The notes below the pieces were generated by a model. The model saw only the letters and a list, made by a program, of their open reading frames with translations. It was not told the DNA's origin and did no database searches. Positions 19,464 to 29,660 of a stretch of 64,000 nucleotides of DNA are shown here, piece after piece. Location: contig JANJXX010000005.1 in assembly GCA_024720975.1 (NCBI GenBank), positions 32,463 to 96,462 of the forward strand, given 5' to 3'. Each line of letters starts with the position of its first letter. Within the stretch, counting starts at the first letter, position 1. Made by a program: the position numbers and the translations under genes. The stretch is from Thermoproteota archaeon (GTDB lineage: Archaea; Asgardarchaeota; Njordarchaeia; Njordarchaeales; Panguiarchaeaceae).

Positions 19464-21146
19464 TTAGCCAACGGATTTGAAGCGCCATTTACTATAAGCC
19501 CGACGCGCGCTTATTATTGCATGTGCATTAAGGCTCATCCAATACATCCCAGATTCTTCGAAGAGCTTTGCTGCTTTCTTAAGCAGTTTAATCGCTAGTT
19601 TTTCCCTCTCGTCAATGATTTTGTTGGAGATTTCGTTGAGAAATGATGCGTAAACGGGAGCGCTTCTGGGGAGTAAAAGTTTTTCAGCAGTCTTTACGGT
19701 TTCTAGAAGTAGGTATTCCTGGTGATTTTGAACAGATCCTAAAGCTACTGCGAATAGTATCTCACCAAGTTCATTTGCTCGAAGTTTTGCATGCTCTAGA
19801 TTGTTCAATATGTACCGAATGCCGTCAGTAAATTTTTTCTTCGAAAGATATTTGACAGCAATAATTAGGTAAAGTGGATCACTTAAACCGATCAGTCTTT
19901 CTATAGCTTTAGAGATGTCGTTCTCGCTGTCTGAGACTATGATTGTAATGAGTGATTCTAATCCAATCTTGTGTCTGGCTTCATTAATCAACTCTGAAGT
20001 GCTACTGAAAATTTCAGTGAGCTCACGAAACTTCTCATTGCTAGTTGCTACTTGAAAGAGCTCATTCCAAATCTCTAGGTGCTGAAGGCCGCTTATTTTG
20101 TTCTCTTTATTGAACGTTCTGATAGCATTTACCAGTAAAGTCTTAAGCCCAAGTCGCAAGGCAGCCGCGGCATATGCTTTAAAAACTCTTAGCGTACATG
20201 GTTGATCTTCAACCTCATAGCAAATGTTTATGGCCAAGTCTAGGTATGCTTGGCTACTTGATGCATCTTTGCTAAGCAAGTTTATTGCGTATTTTAGTGC
20301 AAGCTCTATTAATCCATTTCTTGCGCCTAGGTTATATAACTTGCTGATGATCAAATTCATGATTCCTATGGATTCGATATCACACTTCTCGAGTGCAACG
20401 GCTAATATTTTAGCAAGCATGTCAGCTTGATCCTTGGTTTCGACTTTACCCAGCGCCTTCGCAATCAATTCTGGAAAAAATCCAGGAATGCATTCAACTT
20501 CGTTTATATACTCCCAGAGAGTAATTAAGAAGTTACTGAGATCATTATTGACTAAATCAAGAAATTTCTTGTTAGTTTCCTCATTCGGTAGGTACGAAAG
20601 AGCAATTCCTAGTAAACTAAAATACAGTCTAGGATCAATAACTCTTATCTTATTGATGAAGTCGAAGCAAAGTGCATTGTTTCCTCTTTTAAGTAGCACT
20701 CGGATTAGATTTCTCGATAATAGTCTATCCTCAAAATCTGAGAATCCCCGCGATAGCAGTAGGTCAAAAACTTCGGTAGCATTCGGATTGACGAGAAATA
20801 GCTCTCTAAAATATATAACTTTGGCTTGATCAAAAGCGCTAGCATCGAATAGAGATAATAGTTCCCCGAGTTTCTCTAGATACTTCCCACTAGGAACAAT
20901 TCTCTTGATAAGGTACTCAAAAATTGTAAGTGCCGCTTGTTGCATCGAAGCCTTAAGAAAAGATACTATCGCTAAACGACCATATTGTAGCATAGACTCA
21001 AGGGTGTTAGAAAGATAGAGTAACTCCCTGTAGAATTTAGCAACAGCAAACCAAATAATTCTAGATTCATATCCGATCTCAGGCAATATTGGCTCGTTTT
21101 CCAATTGTCTTAGTATGCTCCTAGCTAATTTATAATCCTTAAGCAT
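19464..21146 (-). CDS. Alpha-helical repeat (TPR/HEAT-like) protein, function unknown
   Basis: 560-aa Leu/Ala-rich amphipathic helical pattern, no catalytic motif seen. Confidence 0.55.
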   Translation of the reverse strand: MLKDYKLARSILRQLENEPILPEIGYESRIIWFAVAKFYRELLYLSNTLESMLQYGRLAIVSFLKASMQQAALTIFEYLIKRIVPSGKYLEKLGELLSLFDASAFDQAKVIYFRELFLVNPNATEVFDLLLSRGFSDFEDRLLSRNLIRVLLKRGNNALCFDFINKIRVIDPRLYFSLLGIALSYLPNEETNKKFLDLVNNDLSNFLITLWEYINEVECIPGFFPELIAKALGKVETKDQADMLAKILAVALEKCDIESIGIMNLIISKLYNLGARNGLIELALKYAINLLSKDASSSQAYLDLAINICYEVEDQPCTLRVFKAYAAAALRLGLKTLLVNAIRTFNKENKISGLQHLEIWNELFQVATSNEKFRELTEIFSSTSELINEARHKIGLESLITIIVSDSENDISKAIERLIGLSDPLYLIIAVKYLSKKKFTDGIRYILNNLEHAKLRANELGEILFAVALGSVQNHQEYLLLETVKTAEKLLLPRSAPVYASFLNEISNKIIDEREKLAIKLLKKAAKLFEESGMYWMSLNAHAIISARRAYSKWRFKSVG

Positions 21147-21170
21147 TTAGTAAAACCAGCTAACACCATC

Positions 21171-21439
21171 AGTGGTTGCCCGTGTTTTTTTGTTCAGGTT
21201 TGCCTAGGTGTTTTGGATAACATGAATACTATTAACACGGGCTTCTTCCCCAGTACCTGCTTACCTATCGCGGGTCATAGAGGTACATCGACGGGCACCA
21301 ACGAGCCCGCCTCGGGGGATAGACATATCCTTCTGCTCCCCCTGGTGGCTACTCTACCGTCATTGAGGCGGGACACTTTTTGATTCCAAGTACCTATGGT
21401 AGTTAAAATAGCTTAAAAACTTTACAGAGAAAACAGTCC
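21171..21439 (-). mobile_element. Non-autonomous tnpB-derived element / candidate omegaRNA locus, copy 3
   Basis: Reverse complement reads GGACTG...TTTTTAAGCTATTTTAACTACCATAGGTACTTGGAATCA, CGCCTCAATGACGG, GAGGCGGGC..TGGTGCCCGTCGATGTA, GAAGCCCGTGT, ACACGGGCAACCACT. Confidence 0.8.
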
Positions 21440-21516
21440 AAGAGATTTGATGACATAAAAGCGCAGTAGTTGGAGCTTCCTAATAGCATATTGAAGAAGG
21501 ATTACTGGAGTATATG

Positions 21517-22347
21517 TCAGGTACTCATGGCAATTAGCAGCTCGCGAGCAATGGCTGCTGCTAGGGTCGCTGTTGTACTTCTGAGTTCCCCTCCTGTCAG
21601 CTCTACAATATCGGCGAACTTAGGCCTTAAGTATTTTAAGTATCGTAGCAGCAAGTTAGGAGGCAGACCGAAGGGCTCCGGTGTACCAACATCTGGGGCA
21701 TAAGCGGGGTCGAAAACGTCCAGGTCTAGGGAGATGTAATCAGCTTTTTTGAAAATGTCCTTAAGTACTGCTTCATTTTCAAGTATGTCATATGTCGAGT
21801 ATGCCTCAACACCAAATTCCTCCAGTGCTTTTAACTCTTCGGGGATACCAGTCCTGTAACCTAAGAGCACTACTCTGTCATAACCAAGGAGCTCACCAGC
21901 TCGCCTTAATGTGCATCCGTGCGAATACTTCAGTTCTTGATATGTATCTTCAAAATCTGGATCAGCATCAATATGCACATACATTTTAACTTGATTGTGC
22001 AAGTGCTGGAGTGTCATAATTGTTATAGAGTGATCTCCTCCAAGAAATAGGTATTTCTTTGCACCTATCGTTCCAAGTGCTTCACGAACCTTTTGCATTG
22101 TTTCTAAAAATCCGCCATGAATCACCTCAACATCTCCCCAGTCTGATATTGGAAACTCGCTGACGCTCCTCTTGAAAAACAAACTAAATTCATTTAGCGT
22201 TTTAGATGCTAACCTTATGAGTAGGGGGCCATGTCGACTTCCAACGAAAGCAGATTGGGTACTATCAAATGGTATGCCAAGCACTGCTATGTCTAGGTTT
22301 TTTGCAGCGGGCAAACCAAAAAGGGTTACATGGTTCAAGATAGGCAT
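21517..22347 (-). CDS. speB: Agmatinase / ureohydrolase
   Basis: GIPFD, GSRHGP, GGDHSIT, HIDADPD, SHG, SLDLDVFDP, PEP.G. Confidence 0.8.
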   Translation of the reverse strand: MPILNHVTLFGLPAAKNLDIAVLGIPFDSTQSAFVGSRHGPLLIRLASKTLNEFSLFFKRSVSEFPISDWGDVEVIHGGFLETMQKVREALGTIGAKKYLFLGGDHSITIMTLQHLHNQVKMYVHIDADPDFEDTYQELKYSHGCTLRRAGELLGYDRVVLLGYRTGIPEELKALEEFGVEAYSTYDILENEAVLKDIFKKADYISLDLDVFDPAYAPDVGTPEPFGLPPNLLLRYLKYLRPKFADIVELTGGELRSTTATLAAAIARELLIAMST

Positions 22348-22461
22348 TTTTGATTACCTCCTTTATGCATAGCGGGCATATTTGACTTAAATGATAATAC
22401 TTAACTACTTAACTTTGTAATTCTAAGATTAGCGAGCTTAATGACTGGAGGCATTATGATC

Positions 22462-23445
22462 CTAAACACGCGAATTAGAAAAGAAATTCTCTAGACGTAT
22501 TCTTTCAGCCGTCCTGCTCCTCAATTCTATCCTGCTTGGAATTAAGTGTGTTCCATCACACGATGGTGCTCTAAAGTACTTCGGTGTGGTTAAATTCTCT
22601 CGGCAGGTTGCATATGTAAGTTTAAGTTTGTTTGCTTCATCCACAACGGGCCATAAAATTCTCCTCCTTAATTGAATGGGAGCATAAGCATAACCCAACT
22701 TTATCTTCCCTCCCGGATAATAAAGTTTCATCCATTTGGCTTTCAGCTCTGGAAAGGCATTTACCATTCTAGCAAAGTTATCTGGTCGTGCTTTATATGT
22801 TGATGTTACTACATGCTTTGCTCCAATGCTTGCCACTTCCCTCACAAGCTCTCTCAAACTATTTTCATCGTCATTTAGGTACGGTATTACTGGATCCACC
22901 CTCACAGAAAATGGGACATTATGATCCTTAAGGATCTCCAGCGCCTTTAAGCGATTACTAGGCGGGGGTGCGTTCGGCTCTAGTCTTCTTGCCAAACTAT
23001 CATCCAGTGTAGTAATAGTAACACTTACAGCAACGTTATATCGAGAAAGCAAATCAATGTCCCTCAAAAGCGCATCACTTTTCGTCGTTATCTGAACACG
23101 CAGGCCCGCTGGAAGTAAGAGCTCAAGAACAGCTCTGGTTATGCCTAGAATCCTTTCCTCCGGTGGATATGGATCAGAGCTAAGACTCATATCTACAGGA
23201 AATCTAGGATCAATATACTTAAGATCTCTCCGGAGTCTATGATTGAGATATTGTTTCGGTTTGCTCTCTCTAGATCTAATGTAGGCAGTAGTATAGCAGT
23301 AGAGACAACGGTGCGAGCAGCCCGTGTAAGGATTTATAGTATACTTACGAGGACATGTACATAATGGGCTTCGCCAAGGATCAAAAGAGGTTAATACAGT
23401 GCCCAATAGAACCACTTCACACCTCTGGATTAGAAAACATATCAA
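22462..23445 (-). CDS. Radical SAM protein, spore photoproduct lyase-like
   Basis: FDPW..LCTCP.KY..NPYTGCSHRCLYCY, SSDPYP, TTKS, LEP.AP. Confidence 0.85.
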   Translation of the reverse strand: MICFLIQRCEVVLLGTVLTSFDPWRSPLCTCPRKYTINPYTGCSHRCLYCYTTAYIRSRESKPKQYLNHRLRRDLKYIDPRFPVDMSLSSDPYPPEERILGITRAVLELLLPAGLRVQITTKSDALLRDIDLLSRYNVAVSVTITTLDDSLARRLEPNAPPPSNRLKALEILKDHNVPFSVRVDPVIPYLNDDENSLRELVREVASIGAKHVVTSTYKARPDNFARMVNAFPELKAKWMKLYYPGGKIKLGYAYAPIQLRRRILWPVVDEANKLKLTYATCRENLTTPKYFRAPSCDGTHLIPSRIELRSRTAERIRLENFFSNSRV

Positions 23446-23758
23446 TCAGTGTTTTACGCATATAGAATGCCACTTTTGCAGATTCTTCACTCAAAGAACA
23501 GGCACAGGCACTGCAATTGGAACATTTGTACCAACCGCATTTGGGACAAAGATTACTCTCTGTACCATCAAATTTTGTGCCGCACACAAAACAGAAGAAT
23601 TTAGGCTTAATGAAGTAGCTGAGAGCATTTTCGATTATTTTAGACAGGGACAAACCTAGACTTGCGGCCTTTTCTTTCGCGCTTTTGAGTATTTCATCAG
23701 ATATAGTAACAGTTAATTTTCTCTTTGCCATATAAGTGACTCCTTCACAAACTGGCAA
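23417..23758 (-). CDS. Ribbon-helix-helix plus Zn-ribbon protein (putative regulator)
   Basis: KRKLTVTISDEIL..AK......LSKIIE; CFVC, CPKC, CSNC, CAC. Confidence 0.65.
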   Translation of the reverse strand: MPVCEGVTYMAKRKLTVTISDEILKSAKEKAASLGLSLSKIIENALSYFIKPKFFCFVCGTKFDGTESNLCPKCGWYKCSNCSACACSLSEESAKVAFYMRKTLIDMFSNPEV

Positions 23759-23868
23759 TACGCTGCTCTCTACCTACTACACTATAATGTAACTGATAAA
23801 CATTTTGCTTAGTATTTATATACGCCTAATGACTACTCTAAAAAACGGCTTCATACGTACAAATACGT

Positions 23869-24438
23869 ATGGTGGAGTCCATGGACAACTATGAGAAAAT
23901 CTCACCAATATTGGTCGGCATAACTGCGGCACTATATGCAGCGATAACCATTGCCATAGCGCCCTTTGCATACGGACCCATACAGGTTAGAATCTCAGAC
24001 GCAATGCTTGTCTTGCCCTTCCACAGGAAGTTCGGGAAGTCGGCAGTCTTGGGCCTTGCTGCAGGAGGATTTTTGGGAAACATAGCCTCACCATATTTGC
24101 CTTGGGACTTAATCACGGGCTTCGCGCTCAACTTAGTGGTAGGTTGGATAATGTATACACTGGGATACCATGCTAACAAGAGGTTTAAGATAAACGGAAG
24201 AACTAGGTTAACACTTGCATGCCTTGGAACAATAATAGGGTCCACTATAATTGCGTTAGTTGTTGGGTTTATGATAGTTTTAGTAGAACTACAAATAATC
24301 GATACAGTGTCATGGATGAGTATATCCCTGTTAATTTTCATAGGCGAGCTAATTGCACTTGCGGTTGGTGGTCTAATATTGTTGAGTGCTTTAGAGCGGG
24401 CATTGCCACCAAGTACTCAGGCTGCAAGTTCGATATAA
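23869..24438 (+). CDS. queT: QueT-family ECF S-component
   Basis: AALYAAIT..IAPFAYGPIQVRISDA, GLA.G.FLGN. Confidence 0.8.
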   Translation: MVESMDNYEKISPILVGITAALYAAITIAIAPFAYGPIQVRISDAMLVLPFHRKFGKSAVLGLAAGGFLGNIASPYLPWDLITGFALNLVVGWIMYTLGYHANKRFKINGRTRLTLACLGTIIGSTIIALVVGFMIVLVELQIIDTVSWMSISLLIFIGELIALAVGGLILLSALERALPPSTQAASSI

Positions 24439-24469
24439 ATTACTGAATTTTCCTTTTTTGGTGCTGTAA

Positions 24470-25192
24470 TTGATTTCTCTAGAAGCCAGAAACTTGACTG
24501 TAACGCTTAACGGACGCGCAGTATTGAGGGACATAAATTTGGGGTTTCAAGGGCCAGGATTATATTTTGTGCTCGGACAAAATGGTTCTGGAAAATCGAC
24601 ACTTCTTAGAAGCTTAGCTGGTTTGATACCCTTCGAAGGCGAAGTGTTATTGAATGGTATAGATATCAGAAAATATAGCAGAAAAGAGCTATCAAAAGCA
24701 ATAGGATACGTCTGGCAGAATCCTCTCTATGGGTTCTTCGAATCAACAGTAGAGCGGGAGATAAAATTTATACTTAGGAATTTAGATTTGGAGCAAACGA
24801 ACAGATTCGAGGAAGTAATCAAGCATTTTGGAGTTGGAAATTTTCTCAAGAGATCGCCATTTTCCCTTTCAGGTGGTGAAGCAAAAAGAGTATGCATGTG
24901 TAGCGTCCTAGTCGCGGACCAGCAAGTATATCTCCTAGACGAACCCGAAGGTGAACTTGATTATCAAGGTCTTGAAAAACTCATTGATTTTGTTAAATCT
25001 GAAAGCAAGAGAAAACTCATAATAATCGCAACCCATAACGCACTCCTATCATATAAAATGAGAGACACTACAGAGCGAATATTCATAATTTACAACGGAG
25101 AGATAATCAATAGCATAAAGCCAGAAGATCTTCTAAGCAACAACTCTCTCGTAAAAGTGGGAATAGTACCCATTCAATGGTGGCTAAGTTGA
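24470..25192 (+). CDS. ECF transporter ATPase
   Basis: GQNGSGKS, QNP, LSGGE, LDEP, ATH. Confidence 0.88.
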   Translation: MISLEARNLTVTLNGRAVLRDINLGFQGPGLYFVLGQNGSGKSTLLRSLAGLIPFEGEVLLNGIDIRKYSRKELSKAIGYVWQNPLYGFFESTVEREIKFILRNLDLEQTNRFEEVIKHFGVGNFLKRSPFSLSGGEAKRVCMCSVLVADQQVYLLDEPEGELDYQGLEKLIDFVKSESKRKLIIIATHNALLSYKMRDTTERIFIIYNGEIINSIKPEDLLSNNSLVKVGIVPIQWWLS

Positions 25193-25824
25193 ACTTGCTG
25201 AAGTTTATTGAGCTTCAGCAGAAAGAGACGCCACTTCATAAGATATCGATTCAAGTGAAGATATCATTGATACTTGCCCCGCCAATATTGGTTTCTTTAC
25301 TTCGCATTGAACCACCGCTCTCATATGTGATATATCTAACTCTTATACTGTCGCTTGAAGTTTCTATAGCGTTGGGGCTTAAGGCACCTAGATATCCTCT
25401 TGACATATTTGCTGCATTCGCTCTCCTCTTTGTCCTTGGGGGCATAGTATACAGCTTAAGAGGCAAGAGCATTATAAGCTTCTTTGCAGAGAGAAAATTT
25501 TGGTTTATCACACTGCTCTATATCGCATACTCGTTAGCATTTATTCTATCAACAACGAGTGTAGAACAACTTGAGATACTTCTTTCCAAAATCAAACTAC
25601 CCAAGCGATGGATAATAGCAACAATCATAGCTTACAACCTTATACCAGCAATGTACAACGAGGCCCGGCAGGTGCTAATGCACCAAGCAGCAAGGGGACT
25701 CCAACTGTCTAAGAATCCCTTCATCAGGCTCAGGCAATTAGTAGCCCTGTATATACCAATGATCTTTGTCTCCCTCCTACGCGGGGAATACCTGGAACAA
25801 TCACTAAGGGCAAGAGGGTACTAA
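25177..25824 (+). CDS. ECF transporter T-component
   Basis: Hydrophobic segments; ARG and RARGY motifs. Confidence 0.85.
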   Translation: MVAKLNLLKFIELQQKETPLHKISIQVKISLILAPPILVSLLRIEPPLSYVIYLTLILSLEVSIALGLKAPRYPLDIFAAFALLFVLGGIVYSLRGKSIISFFAERKFWFITLLYIAYSLAFILSTTSVEQLEILLSKIKLPKRWIIATIIAYNLIPAMYNEARQVLMHQAARGLQLSKNPFIRLRQLVALYIPMIFVSLLRGEYLEQSLRARGY

Positions 25825-25977
25825 TTGCTAGTCAAAAATTTGCTTTGCAAGCTGCTCATTTTTTTAGCTTTGAAGGAGCTTTTTATAGGATAGCGTATAA
25901 AAGTTATTTACATGGTGAGATCCTTTATATCACATATTTTTCTATTTTCTCTCCGGTTGACTATCTGGAGATCTACC

Positions 25978-27414
25978 ATGTCTATCAAGAAAATGATGAG
26001 TATAGAAGAAGTTGATGAAGTGCTTTCTCTCCAAGAAAAAACCTCCAAAAAGCTAGCGTACGTAGTGCTAGTGGCCATCGGATACTTTTGGGCAGTAGGC
26101 TTTGGTTTGCCAATAATGCTTTACCAACCGGGACTAAGCTACTTACTGAGTTTGTTATCAAGTATCCTCGGTGGGCTAGCAGGGTACATGCCCATAATCG
26201 TTACTGCAATTGCTATCGTATTCCTGTTAATGTTTGCTGCAGCAATTATTTTCCTCAAGCTCATAGCGAAGTTTGCTAAGGAATTCCTAATGGCAGTACA
26301 CATTATGGGCAGCATGTTTATATTAATCCTTGGGCTCATGTGCTTTGCAGCACCGTACGCAGAAGTGTGGGTTATTGGCGCATTATATATAGGGTTGGGT
26401 GTGCTAGCACTAATATCTTCCATTATGCAAAGGAGACGCATAATTCTCGTTGGAAGATTAATTGAAGTTTCAGGAAGGGCAGTTTATGATGAGAAAGGTA
26501 CAATATTGGCGGTGTTAGTCAAATCATTATTGATATTCTTAACATCGATAGCATTCATTATAACGGAAGTGCTCACAGTATTTTTTGCAATCGAAGTGTT
26601 TCAGGGATATGAATATGGGTCCTACATAGTAGTCGCGATTGCGAACATAACAGCGATTTTTTATTCGTGGGCAATAACATTTATAGATGTATTCTTCTCA
26701 GCGGTGATAGTTAGGATTATACATGATTGGTATAGATCACCAGAGTTGGACGTCGCTAGTTTCTCAAAAGGATTATCAAAAGCCTGGGAGGTTTCGGGAA
26801 CCATCGCGAAATATTCTCTTCTAATGGCAATACTGTACTTTGTTGTTCGTAGGGCTCGAAGGGAAGCACAAGATAGAAAAATTGGTTTTGCAGCAAAGTC
26901 AGTAGCTTTAGCAGCTGGAATCTCTGTCGCAATGCTTGAATTCTTGGGATTCTACTTAATACCAGCCGCGGTTATCAGAAGAGCAGGTTTTAAAAAATCC
27001 CTTAAGGATTCTATTGACAAGTTAAGGGGTCTCTTTATAGAGACCTTAATAGGGATGTACGGATTTGGCTTCACTCTTGCTATGTGTGCCTTCATAGCAG
27101 CTCTACTAATGGGCGGAATAGGCTGGATAATTGGTGTCGCGATATTTACTCCGCTACTTGGGCTAACTGAGGAAACAATTCGGGTCGGAATAATCACTGG
27201 AGTTGCATTCCTACTATTGACTCCAATACCCATAGCATTTGCCACATCTGCGGTCTCTGTTGCATTTAAGACAATAATGTACGAGTATGGTCTCGATATA
27301 GAGTTCGCTATCCGAGGCATGTATCTCCCGTCAAGGTTACCAGAAGATGTGAGAAAGATCTTTAATGAAACACTGGCCAGAAAAGGTCTGCAAATCCCGC
27401 AGATGATTGCCTAG
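25978..27414 (+). CDS. Choline transporter-like (CTL/SLC44/Pns1-like) membrane protein
   Basis: About 10 TM segments; RRRI..VGRLIEVSGRA, WY, GTIA..SLL.AI, EFL..Y...A.I...F..S patterns resemble the CTL family. Confidence 0.6.
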   Translation: MSIKKMMSIEEVDEVLSLQEKTSKKLAYVVLVAIGYFWAVGFGLPIMLYQPGLSYLLSLLSSILGGLAGYMPIIVTAIAIVFLLMFAAAIIFLKLIAKFAKEFLMAVHIMGSMFILILGLMCFAAPYAEVWVIGALYIGLGVLALISSIMQRRRIILVGRLIEVSGRAVYDEKGTILAVLVKSLLIFLTSIAFIITEVLTVFFAIEVFQGYEYGSYIVVAIANITAIFYSWAITFIDVFFSAVIVRIIHDWYRSPELDVASFSKGLSKAWEVSGTIAKYSLLMAILYFVVRRARREAQDRKIGFAAKSVALAAGISVAMLEFLGFYLIPAAVIRRAGFKKSLKDSIDKLRGLFIETLIGMYGFGFTLAMCAFIAALLMGGIGWIIGVAIFTPLLGLTEETIRVGIITGVAFLLLTPIPIAFATSAVSVAFKTIMYEYGLDIEFAIRGMYLPSRLPEDVRKIFNETLARKGLQIPQMIA

Positions 27415-27483
27415 TTTCCTAAAGTCTTTTCAGCTTTTGTATTTTTTAACTTTTTTTGTTCTTATTCCTCTTGGTGCAATAAG

Positions 27484-27960
27484 TTGTCTGCCTTAAAAGA
27501 GGCATCTAAAGCAACTCTCGCTGTATTTTTAGCAATAATAATAGGCTTGCTCATACAAAAGGCAATGACAGACCCAAGTCACTTCCACAATATGCTACTA
27601 GATCCAAAACAGATAATCGATTATATCTTCAGTAGTTTACTTAGTCCAGTGGGTAGTATTTCTCCATTTGTGATTCTGTTAGCAGTATTTGCCCTCATGG
27701 TATCTTCGTTTAGTTCGCTGCAGAAATTAGGAGTGGCTCCAACAGTTAGCATGGAGAAAGCGCCAAAGAAAAAAGTCAGAGAGGAAAAAGCCGAGGCAGC
27801 CCCTAAAGTCCCTGAAGTGAGGGAGCCGACTCCAACAGGTCCTACCGAACCGTGTCCAATCTGTGGTAAGCCAAAACCCATGGGAAGAGCAATTTGCAAG
27901 GAATGTGAAGAAAAACTCAAAGCAGGTCCAGAAGCTTTTTCAAAACCATCTGAGGGATAG
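27484..27960 (+). CDS. Two-TM protein with C-terminal Zn ribbon
   Basis: Two hydrophobic segments, Pro/Glu/Lys linker, CPIC..CKEC. Confidence 0.6.
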   Translation: MSALKEASKATLAVFLAIIIGLLIQKAMTDPSHFHNMLLDPKQIIDYIFSSLLSPVGSISPFVILLAVFALMVSSFSSLQKLGVAPTVSMEKAPKKKVREEKAEAAPKVPEVREPTPTGPTEPCPICGKPKPMGRAICKECEEKLKAGPEAFSKPSEG

Positions 27961-28090
27961 CATCACGCTAGATGCCGCTTTAGCATTATTAAAAGCGTTT
28001 TTTGATCCTAACTTTTGAGCAATTTGATGTAGCGAGTTATTAAAATGTAATTGCAGCTGCATATTATCCTTTTTAGACTGGTGATCATCC

Positions 28091-28801
28091 ATGTCTAGCG
28101 ATTATTTGATAAAGTTGGAGAATGTAACGAAGGAATTTAGCGGTAAAAAAGGTCGTGTAAAAGCTCTAGAGGACATAAATCTTGAGATTAAACGCGGAGA
28201 GTTTGTCGTTATTGTTGGTCCAAGTGGTGCAGGAAAGACAACTTTGCTAAATATAATGGCTGGTATGGACAGGCCGACAAAGGGGCGAGTTATATTCTCT
28301 GGGAGAGATTATGGCGATCTGGACGAAGAAGAACTCGCTAAATTAAGGAGGGAGAAGTTTGGTTTCATATTTCAGTTCTTTAACCTTATAGATTCACTAA
28401 CAGTAGTTGAGAATGTCATTGCACCGGCTTTGCCCTCTGACTTACCAATACGCGAAATAAGTGCAAGAGCTGAGGAGCTCCTAGCAGGAATGAAACTATT
28501 ATCAAAGAAATATAGATTTCCAAAAGAGCTTTCAGCGGGTGAACAACAGAGAGTTGCCATCGCTAGGGCTATGATAACTAAGCCTGAAGTTCTCTTTTGT
28601 GATGAGCCTACTGCACAGTTAGATGAGGAAATGACCGAAAAAGTACTTAATGACCTAATAGAAATAAACCGAGCTGGTACTACAGTAATCCTCGCGACGG
28701 CCTCAGAAACGGTAGCAAATAAATTGCGGCGCTCTGGAGCAAGAACGATACACATTGAATATGGGAAGATAACAAGTACTGAGACCCCGCGAAGGAGTTA
28801 G
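28091..28801 (+). CDS. LolD/MacB-type ABC ATPase (H-loop His absent)
   Basis: GPSGAGKT, GFIFQFFNL, LSAGEQQRVAIARA, DEPT; ILATAS in place of VTH. Confidence 0.85.
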   Translation: MSSDYLIKLENVTKEFSGKKGRVKALEDINLEIKRGEFVVIVGPSGAGKTTLLNIMAGMDRPTKGRVIFSGRDYGDLDEEELAKLRREKFGFIFQFFNLIDSLTVVENVIAPALPSDLPIREISARAEELLAGMKLLSKKYRFPKELSAGEQQRVAIARAMITKPEVLFCDEPTAQLDEEMTEKVLNDLIEINRAGTTVILATASETVANKLRRSGARTIHIEYGKITSTETPRRS

Positions 28802-28821
28802 CTCTTCTCTTAAATCATTTT

Positions 28822-29520
28822 TTAGTTTCCAAGCATTTTCTTGAACACAATAGGAGACACGACTATGTACCCTAGAATCGCAGATAACAACAACCAGAGA
28901 ATGTTCTGCAATGGATCAAGCGATAGTGAGATCATGGGATAAACTCCGAAGCAGAGGATTCCAATAATAACAGACACCAAAACTGATTTAATTCCAGCGC
29001 GCGTTTTAGTACTAGGAAAGCTTATGCTTGATATCATTAAGAATGCAGCCGCCAGCATCAGTGCTAGTGCTACTGCGGGACTTAAGGGATATATGCAATT
29101 AATTATGAGTCCTCCGAATAATGCAGCTCCAGTTATTGCCAATCCTTCAAAATATTCCTTAGAGCCGAATAAATTAAACCTCGCTAGTCTAAGTGCACCA
29201 AATGAAGCAAAAATAGCTCCTATTACTATTGCATATGGGGTCAACTGAGGATTTTTGTCAACGGTAATTCGTACTAGTAGAAATGCTGGTGCGACGCCGA
29301 AGGACACCTCATCGCAAAGTGAATCCAGTTCCCTACCAAAGTCACTAGCAGCGCCAAGTTTTCTTGCGATGAATCCGTCTGCGCCATCGAATATGATAGC
29401 CAATGTAATGAATAAAAAGCTAGTTAGGTAGTCACCGACGGATGCAAAGTATATCGCTATAAAACCTGAGACAACATTAGATAGCGTGAATATGTTAGGT
29501 ATTGTAAAGAAAAATTTCAT
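28822..29520 (-). CDS. pssA: CDP-alcohol phosphatidyltransferase, archaetidylserine synthase type
   Basis: PNIFT, DGADG..AR......FG..LDSLCD.VSFGVAPA, RLARFN, F.GL. Confidence 0.88.
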   Translation of the reverse strand: MKFFFTIPNIFTLSNVVSGFIAIYFASVGDYLTSFLFITLAIIFDGADGFIARKLGAASDFGRELDSLCDEVSFGVAPAFLLVRITVDKNPQLTPYAIVIGAIFASFGALRLARFNLFGSKEYFEGLAITGAALFGGLIINCIYPLSPAVALALMLAAAFLMISSISFPSTKTRAGIKSVLVSVIIGILCFGVYPMISLSLDPLQNILWLLLSAILGYIVVSPIVFKKMLGN

Positions 29521-29660
29521 ACCGCCTTTTCTAATGGTAACGCCCATTTTCAACGAACCAGAATCGACACTATGGTGTTAAAGTTCTAAAAGCTCCGAAA
29601 ATCGCTAAAAACACCGCTGATATAAATGAAAAATGATATAAAAACACTTGGTGTCTATAG

